A DNA stretch of 50,019 nucleotides from a virus (taxonomy: Duplodnaviria; Heunggongvirae; Uroviricota; Caudoviricetes), in IMG/VR virus record IMGVR_UViG_3300047560_001314; one strand, given 5' to 3'. Below, piece by piece: positions 43,673 to 50,019 of the stretch. The position numbers were made by a program, and so were the translations under genes. Under the pieces are notes generated by a model. The model saw nothing but the letters and a program-made list of their open reading frames with translations. It searched no databases and was not told the origin of the DNA. How positions within the stretch are numbered: the stretch's first letter is position 1; every line of letters begins with the position of its first letter.

Positions 43673-46600
43673 GTGTCTGATGTAAACGCTAATATTGGTA
43701 TACATTTTGATACTGCCGACGCCCTTGCTCAGTTAAGACGCCTTCAGGCTGGTCTTAGCAAATTTAATCAATCTCTCACTCAGGGTAATATTGCTGCTGA
43801 GAATGCACAAAAGGGTTTAAATGCTCAGTTAATTCAGTCTATCAATGCAACTGGAAAGTTTGTAGCATCTCAAAAGAATATTGTTTCAAGTACAACTGCA
43901 TTTACAGATGCACTTGAAAAGAATAAACTTAGCATGGGGCAGTACTTTAAATTTACTGCTGCTGCTGCAACGGCAAATACAAAGGTATTTAAGAATGCCT
44001 TTGCCTCTGAGCGAGAGATTATTAATCGTGCAAGAAAAGATAGAGTCAAGGCTTTACAGACACAATATATTCAATTAACTAATGCCAATGGTGAGTTGGT
44101 CAAGGTTTTACAGGTTGTTCCAAAACACCTTAAGATGGTCAATGGAGAGTATGCTGACTATGCTACAAGAACTCAGATGGCTGCTCAAAGACAGCAACTT
44201 CTTAACCAATTGCTTAAGCAGGGGTCTACACAACTTTTAAATTTTGGTAAGAACACTCAGTGGGCTGGTCGCCAGTTGATGGTTGGTTTTACTGTTCCAC
44301 TTACAATGCTTGGCTCTGTTGCTGCAAAAGCATTCAAAGACATGGAAGAAGCCGTAATTAAGTTTCAAAGAGTTTATGGAGACATGGCTACTTCAATTGA
44401 GGATACTGACAAGGCAGTTAGAGGAATTCAGTTACTTGCAAAAGAGTTTACAAAGTATGGAATTGCTGCTTCGGAAACTGTTAAGATGGCAGCCGATGCT
44501 GCTGCAATGGGTTTGACTGGAGCAGATTTAACTGCACAGGTCACAGCAGCAACAAAACTTGCAGTGCTTGGACAAGTAGAGCAACAGCAAGCACTAGAAA
44601 CAACAATCTCTTTGCAAAATGCTTTTGGTATTTCTGCAGAAGAGTTAGCAAAAAAGATTAACTTCCTTAACGCAGTAGAAAACCAAACAGTTCTTTCTAT
44701 TGCAGACTTAACTGAAGCAATTCCAAAGGCTGGACCAGTTGTAAAACAACTTGGTGGATCTGTAGAAGATCTCGCATTCTTTATGACCGCAATGAAAGAA
44801 GGCGGAATCAATGCATCAGAAGGTGCAAACGCACTTAAATCTGGTCTTGCATCATTAATTAATCCTTCTAAGAAGGCTAGTGAAATGCTTGCTGGATTTG
44901 GAATCAATGTTAAGGGCCTCGTTGATGCAAATGCTGGAGATTTAAAGGGAACAGTTATTGGCTTTGCTAGAGCATTAGATACACTTGATCCACTAAATCG
45001 TGCAAGAGCAATTGAGACAATGTTTGGTAAGTTCCAGTTTGCAAGACTATCTACATTATTTCAAAACATTACAAAAGACTCATCTCAGGCTGCAAGAGCA
45101 CTAGGACTTGCTGGTGCATCAGTTGAAGAACTTGCTATCCTGTCTGAGCGAGAATTAGGAAAGGTTGAAAATGCAGTTGGAGTTAAGTTTCAAAAGCAGA
45201 TGGAAAATATCAAACTTCAACTTGTTCCAATTGGAAAAGCATTCCTTGAAGCCGTTACACCTATTGCAAAGTTTGCTGCAGGAGTACTTGAAAAGTTTAA
45301 TAACTTAGGAGAAGGAACCAAGAAATTTGTTGTTGGCATGGTTGGGTTCCTTGGTTTAATTGCACCTGCTGCCCTCATGACATTTGGTCTCCTTGCTAAC
45401 GGTGTTGCAAATTTAATTAAGTTCTTTGCAATGCTTCGTGGCGGAATGGCAAAACTTAATGGACAAAATAATGTACTTGGTGGAGGATTTGATTATCTTA
45501 CACAGCAAGAAATTGAAAACCTTGCACAATCAGAAGCACTACATACATCACATAAAAATCTTATATCAACATTTAATGTTGAGGCAGCATCTGTAAATGC
45601 ACTTGCAACTGCCTATCAAAATGCAGCATCTCAGGCAAGAGCACTTGCCTCTGGTTCTCCAGGACTATTTAATACATCACCAGGTCCAAGCGGTGCTGTT
45701 AGTGGTCTTCCAAAGAAGTTTGCAACTGGTGGCGTGGTTCCAGGTACAGGAAACAAGGATACAGTTCCAGCACTACTTACACCTGGAGAGTTTGTTGTTA
45801 CAAAAGAAAATGTTAAGAATAATCCAGAATTAGTTGCAGCACTTGCAAATGGAAATGTACAAAAGTTTTCTGAGGGTGGAGTTGTTGCGTCTCAAGCAGG
45901 TGCAGCCTCTGGAAAAACTCCAGGGTGGCTTCAAAAAGAATATGACAGAATTAGTGCACTAAGTGATACAAATCTTAAGCGATACGCAGAACTTACTGGT
46001 ATGGGTGTTGACAAAACCATGGATGAGATTCGTGCTGCAGTATTAAAGAATTTTGAAGAACTACTTGATGAAGTAAAGGCAAAAACTGGATCATTAACAA
46101 AGGAAGGCCTAGAGAAAATTGGTAAGGCTCCTGGTCAAGATGGCAGTCCAAGCATTATGGGTAGATGGTTTAAGAAGTTTGATGAGGGTCAGGGTGGCTC
46201 ATTTGCCCATGTTGGTCAAACAGAAAAGATCTCTGCTGATAAGGCAATGCAATTAAATGTTGCTCCAGAAATTGCAAAGCAAATGGAAATTGTCAAAAAG
46301 TACTACGAGGCAAAGGGTCAAAAGGCACCAGATGTTAGAGTAGCCGATGCGTTTGGTTTTACAATGAAGCAGAGTGTAAACCGAGGCATGGCTAGCGAAG
46401 ATCAGACTAACTTTAAAGAAAAATATGGCAAGTCAGTTGGAGATGCATTCCAAGAAGACTTTGCAAAGACTGGTGCAGAAAAATGGCGCACAATGACAGA
46501 ACTTGTTGGTGCTGATTTTGATAAAGTTAAGGACCAGGCTGAGATTTATGATAAGGCACTTCTTGACAAGGTTACATCTTGGAATGCTGAAAATGCAAAG

Positions 46601-49600
46601 AAAGATATACCAGAACCATTCACAGATGATGTATTTAGAAACTTGGAAAAACAAGTAAGAGAAGACATCTCTGGCTTGATTCCAGATTTTGCAAAGGTTA
46701 TCGAGACAGCAAAGAAAAGCATAACAGCATTAAGAACATCTATTCCACAATCAGATCTTAATGATATTAATGCAGAGTTAAAGACTCAAAATGCTGGATC
46801 ACTTGGTCCAAAGTCTAGCAATGCAAAATATGGAAATGTTGAAGCAAGAACTGAATCAGAACTTCTTGGAACCATTGAGACTTTGCCAGACACTGTAGAA
46901 AAGTCTTTATCAGAAGCAGAAAAAGTAGCAGAGACACAATCTCCATCAAAAAGAACAAGGCGCTTAGGTGTTAATATTGGAGAAGGTCTTAGAATCGGAC
47001 TTGAGCAAAAAACTGCGGAAGTTAAGTCACAAGCAGACAAGATGGCAGAGTCATCAATACCAAAGGTAGACACAGTAAACCAAGCAAAGTATGATGCTCT
47101 TAAAAATGATCCAAATCAAAGACAAATTCAAAAGTCTATTGATAGACATTATAGAGATAAGTTTGGTGTTTCTAGAATGCAAACCCCTGCATCTTCATCA
47201 ACAACATCTATGACTGTCGATGTTAATCCAAAAGCACTTGCAAAAGATATTGCGGATGCTAAAAAGGCTCGTACAAAGGCAAAGCAGGATGCAGCAGTTA
47301 AAAATGCAAAGGCATCTGCAAAAGAAGCAGGTAAAACACGAAATGCTCAAGAGCAAGTCACAGACTCTACTGAAAAACTATCTGTAGAACAAGATAAGTA
47401 TACAAATGAAGTCAAGAAAGCAAAGAAGAAGGCAAAGAAAACTGCAGATGCTGCAGGAGATGTCTTAGTAGCAGAAAATGATATTGCAAATAGCGCAAAC
47501 CTTACATCAAGTGCAGCACAAGCACAAGCGCAAAATACAATTAGTGCTGCTGAATTAACTCAGGCAACCGAGAACGCACTTGTGGCTTCTGCCGATAACA
47601 ATAATCAAATTAATAATGCTGAAGAAGATAGAGTAAGGTCTGCAGAAGAAACCGCTAAACTTCAAAATGATATTGAAGAACTTAAGCGCAAAGAAAAAGA
47701 AAGAGGAATGGCTGCAGTTGCAGCATCGGGACAAACTCCTATAATTCCTGAAGGATCACAAACAGACAATAAGTTTGTTAATCCTGCTACTGCAATGAGT
47801 TATGAAAATGCCTATGAAGAAGCATCTGCCTATACTAGAGATAGGAATGGTCAACTTCTGCTTGATCCAGAAACAGGTAGGCCAACTACTTTAACAAAGA
47901 AGCAGATTGGACAAAAGAAGCGTGGAATGCGTAGAGAAAAGGTTGGAAAGTTCTCTGGTAAGGTTTCTGGTGGACTCGGAACTGCAGCAATGGTTGCAGG
48001 TATGGCAGGTGCACCACCACAAGTAACTGCTGCTCTTGGTACCGCAGCAACCCTTGCACAGTTTGCACCTATGCTTGCTGGACTCTCTGGACCACAAGCA
48101 GCAGTTGCTGGACTAGTTGCCCTTGGTGCAAGTGCATATTTGCTTAATAAAAAACTGCAGGGGACAGCAGAAGCGATTGCTAAGTTTACAAGAACTACCA
48201 CAGTGTCATCCGATTTGCTACAAAAGATTGGTGAGCAAACTGGCAAAGTAGGTGCTAATCAGGTTATGAACCGCCGTAGAGGAGAGGGTTCACTTAACAC
48301 ATATATTGAAACTGGTCGCAAGGGAACAATGGAAGCGACAAAGTTCCTTGAGGGTGAAGCAGGAAAGGCGCTACAAAAAGCATATAAAGAAAATGCATCT
48401 AAGTTTGGAGCAGATGTTGCTGCAAAAGATTTTGCACTACAGTTAGCAGCAGCAATATCTGACGGAACAATACCAGAGTACCTTGGCGCAGAAATTGCAT
48501 ACCAGATGGGTGTAAACCTTAGAGATGCTGTAACTGGAATTAGAATTAAGGCTAATTTGAGATCACTTATTGGTCCAGGTGGAGAAGACTTATTAAAGGA
48601 TCCGTTAGTGGTGAGAACAAGACTTGCTACTGCTGCTTCACAAAAGTCTGCAGATGTGTATTCACAAATGACATCTTCTGATCAATCTATTGTTGGAAAT
48701 AATAGTGGTTTGTCAAGATGGGCAACGCTTGGACTTATTGGAAATGCATCTGGATCAGACAAATCTGCAGCACTTGCAGTTACAGGATCTTCTGCAATTG
48801 AAACGGCACAAGCACAAGCAGATGCGATGCAACTATACTATGACAACCAGTTAAAGACATTGCAAAACGAATTAGCAGCAACAGCCAATAAAGAAAAGCA
48901 ACTAGAACTTCAGACCAAGATTAAAGATATGATCGATCAGCAAAATGCTGGTATGAAACAGATGAACAACCTTGTAGCATCACAATTAACTATCCAAGTC
49001 GGATATGCAAATAAAATGATTGATACAGTAGGTGCAAATCAGGTTCAGGGTCAGGGCTTTTGGGATCTTTCTCAACACTGGCTAAACGATAGTGCACGAA
49101 GAGAAGATGCATATTTTGATGCACAAAAGGCAGATGTAAAGGCAAAATATAAGGGTACAGAGTTTGAGTCTTCAGCACAAAGAGTCCTAGATATAACAAG
49201 TGACGCAGATGAAGATAGCAGTTTTGCTAATAAGGTTGAAGGTAGAACATTTGAAGCAAAGATGAATCTTATTATGCAGTCTGGACAAATGAATCCTGCT
49301 CAAGTTGAAACAATGCTTAAGATTTTTGAAGGCAATCTAAAAGATATGGACTTAGCGCTTAACATTGGTATGCGTACTCATGGTGGAGCAAAGATGGCAG
49401 AACTTGCGTCACTTCTTGTGGGAGTGGATAAAAAGAAGGCTCGTTCAATTGTTGTACAGATGAGTCGCAAAAATCCAGAAGAGTTTGATAGAGTTGGCAA
49501 AACATTAGCAATTCTTCAAAGATCTGATGGGCTTGAAGTAGATATGACTGCATTTATTGATACAGTTGGTATGCCAGGGCTTGAAGCATTGTCAAAGAAG

Positions 49601-50019
49601 TTGGATAGCATTGAAGCACTTAAAGATCCAATTACAAAGGAAGTTGCAATTAAATGGGCAGAAGATAATAATGTTGACCCAGCACAACTTATTGACGATT
49701 GGGAATACTATGATGCACTCAAGCCCGAAGTAAGAAAAGAGGCGTTACAGACATACACAACATTATTTACAACTGCAACATCATTTAAAACAGTAGCAGA
49801 AAGAGATGCCTGGGCAGTAGCACAAGCAGAAATTGCAGCAGCACAAAAGGGTGGGATAGGTTCAAATGCATATAAGACAGAGTATTCAACTGTCTTAAAG
49901 TTGCTTACAGAAGGTCCAGATGGCAAACCATTACCGCTAAATGATTATAATGCTGCAGCAGAGTTTGCACAGCGTGGCGTTGTTGCAATTCATGGAACAC
50001 CTTCAGTTGCTAATTCAAA
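43673..50019 (+). CDS. Tape measure protein, truncated at right edge (>2115 aa)
   Basis: GTG start (MSDVNANIGIHFDTADALAQLRRLQ); GRQLMVGFTVPL TMP-domain motif; Ala/Lys-rich helical sequence; absent from the track, consistent with having no stop in the window; frame spot-checked, not translated in full. Confidence 0.88.
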   Translation, partial: MSDVNANIGIHFDTADALAQLRRLQAGLSKFNQSLTQGNIAAENAQKGLNAQLIQSINATGKFVASQKNIVSSTTAFTDALEKNKLSMGQYFKFTAAAATANTKVFKNAFASEREIINRARKDRVKALQTQYIQLTNANGELVKVLQVVPKHLKMVNGEYADYATRTQMAAQRQQLLNQLLKQGSTQLLNFGKNTQWAGRQLMVGFTVPLTMLGSVAAKAFKDMEEAVIKFQRVYGDMATSIEDTDKAVRGIQLLAKEFTKYGIAASETVKMAADAAAMGLTGADLTAQVTAATKLAVLGQVEQQQALETTISLQNAFGISAEELAKKINFLNAVENQTVLSIADLTEAIPKAGPVVKQLGGSVEDLAFFMTAMKEGGINASEGANALKSGLASLINPSKKASEMLAGFGINVKGLVDANAGDLKGTVIGFARALDTLDPLNRARAIETMFGKFQFARLSTLFQNITKDSSQAARALGLAGASVEELAILSERELGKVENAVGVKFQKQMENIKLQLVPIGKAFLEAVTPIAKFAAGVLEKFNNLGEGTKKFVVGMVGFLGLIAPAALMTFGLLANGVANLIKFFAMLRGGMAKLNGQNNVLGGGFDYLTQQEIENLAQSEALHTSHKNLISTFNVEAASVNALATAYQNAASQARALASGSPGLFNTSPGPSGAVSGLPKKFATGGVVPGTGNKDTVPALLTPGEFVVTKENVKNNPELVAALANGNVQKFSEGGVVASQAGAASGKTPGWLQKEYDRISALSDTNLKRYAELTGMGVDKTMDEIRAAVLKNFEELLDEVKAKTGSLTKEGLEKIGKAPGQDGSPSIMGRWFKKFDEGQGGSFAHVGQTEKISADKAMQLNVAPEIAKQMEIVKKYYEAKGQKAPDVRVADAFGFTMKQSVNRGMASEDQTNFKEKYGKSVGDAFQEDFAKTGAEKWRTMTELVGADFDKVKDQAEIYDKALLDKVTSWNAENAKKDIPEPFTDDVFRNLEKQVREDISGLIPDFAKVIETAKKSITALRTSIPQSDLNDINAELKTQNAGSLGPKSSNAKYGNVEARTESELLGTIETLPDTVEKSLSEAEKVAETQSPSKRTRRLGVNIGEGLRIGLEQKTAEVKSQADKMAESSIPKVDTVNQAKYDALKNDPNQRQIQKSIDRHYRDKFGVSRMQTPASSSTTSMTVDVNPKALAKDIADAKKARTKAKQDAAVKNAKASAKEAGKTRNAQEQVTDSTEKLSVEQDKYTNEVKKAKKKAKKTADAAGDVLVAENDIANSANLTSSAAQAQAQNTISAAELTQATENALVASADNNNQINNAEEDRVRSAEETAKLQNDIEELKRKEKERGMAAVAASGQTPIIPEGSQTDNKFVNPATAMSYENAYEEASAYTRDRNGQLLLDPETGRPTTLTKKQIGQKKRGMRREKVGKFSGKVSGGLGTAAMVAGMAGAPPQVTAALGTAATLAQFAPMLAGLSGPQAAVAGLVALGASAYLLNKKLQGTAEAIAKFTRTTTVSSDLLQKIGEQTGKVGANQVMNRRRGEGSLNTYIETGRKGTMEATKFLEGEAGKALQKAYKENASKFGADVAAKDFALQLAAAISDGTIPEYLGAEIAYQMGVNLRDAVTGIRIKANLRSLIGPGGEDLLKDPLVVRTRLATAASQKSADVYSQMTSSDQSIVGNNSGLSRWATLGLIGNASGSDKSAALAVTGSSAIETAQAQADAMQLYYDNQLKTLQNELAATANKEKQLELQTKIKDMIDQQNAGMKQMNNLVASQLTIQVGYANKMIDTVGANQVQGQGFWDLSQHWLNDSARREDAYFDAQKADVKAKYKGTEFESSAQRVLDITSDADEDSSFANKVEGRTFEAKMNLIMQSGQMNPAQVETMLKIFEGNLKDMDLALNIGMRTHGGAKMAELASLLVGVDKKKARSIVVQMSRKNPEEFDRVGKTLAILQRSDGLEVDMTAFIDTVGMPGLEALSKKLDSIEALKDPITKEVAIKWAEDNNVDPAQLIDDWEYYDALKPEVRKEALQTYTTLFTTATSFKTVAERDAWAVAQAEIAAAQKGGIGSNAYKTEYSTVLKLLTEGPDGKPLPLNDYNAAAEFAQRGVVAIHGTPSVANS

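Noticed and set aside
43881-49926. Short ORFs listed within the last 6 kb
   Set aside because: All overlap the long open tape measure frame starting at 43673
1-50019. tRNA, rRNA, integrase, transposase, terminase
   Set aside because: No cloverleaf/T-loop signatures in the intergenic gaps and no recognisable motifs in the ORFs; checked by eye only

Overview
About 50 kb of a low-GC tailed dsDNA phage genome with a siphovirus-like head/tail module, probably infecting a freshwater actinobacterium. The host and lineage are inferred from motif recognition only; no database search was run. Layout from left to right: (1) 1-2400: a divergent regulatory hub with tiny Cys-rich ORFs, three near-identical sigma70-type promoters, a second promoter class (AATTTGTCGGT-N6-TGn-TAnnAT), CRP-like boxes and tandem perfect DnaA boxes. 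(2) 2387-3533: an antisense, CG-rich DHH-like cassette. (3) 4.1-18.9 kb: a virion accessory/fibre region with a collagen-like protein, a PASTA/VTP-repeat/Cys-rich protein, a secreted lytic transglycosylase, long fibres, and an FnIII-(Pro/Phe/Tyr)59-Hint protein. (4) 18.9-28.2 kb: a tightly coupled array of 10 prolyl-4-hydroxylase-like 2OG-Fe(II) oxygenases, plus one degenerate copy, two dUTPase-fold-like (DUF6065-like) proteins and an SDR. One more P4H-like gene and a JmjC/cupin gene follow the VTP protein. (5) A class II (B12) ribonucleotide reductase. (6) A 1237-aa LamG-like virion protein, portal, protease with nested scaffold, major capsid, neck, tail tube, two paralogous tail chaperones, and a >2115-aa tape measure protein that runs off the right edge. 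No tRNA, rRNA, CRISPR, integrase or terminase was recognised. The leading candidate for a new system is the pair of parallel cassettes 'GDLTA-domain fibre -> Pro-rich repeat protein -> Fe/2OG hydroxylases'. These suggest a phage-encoded post-translational hydroxylation system acting on Pro-rich virion fibres, one of which carries an autoprocessing-type Hint domain.
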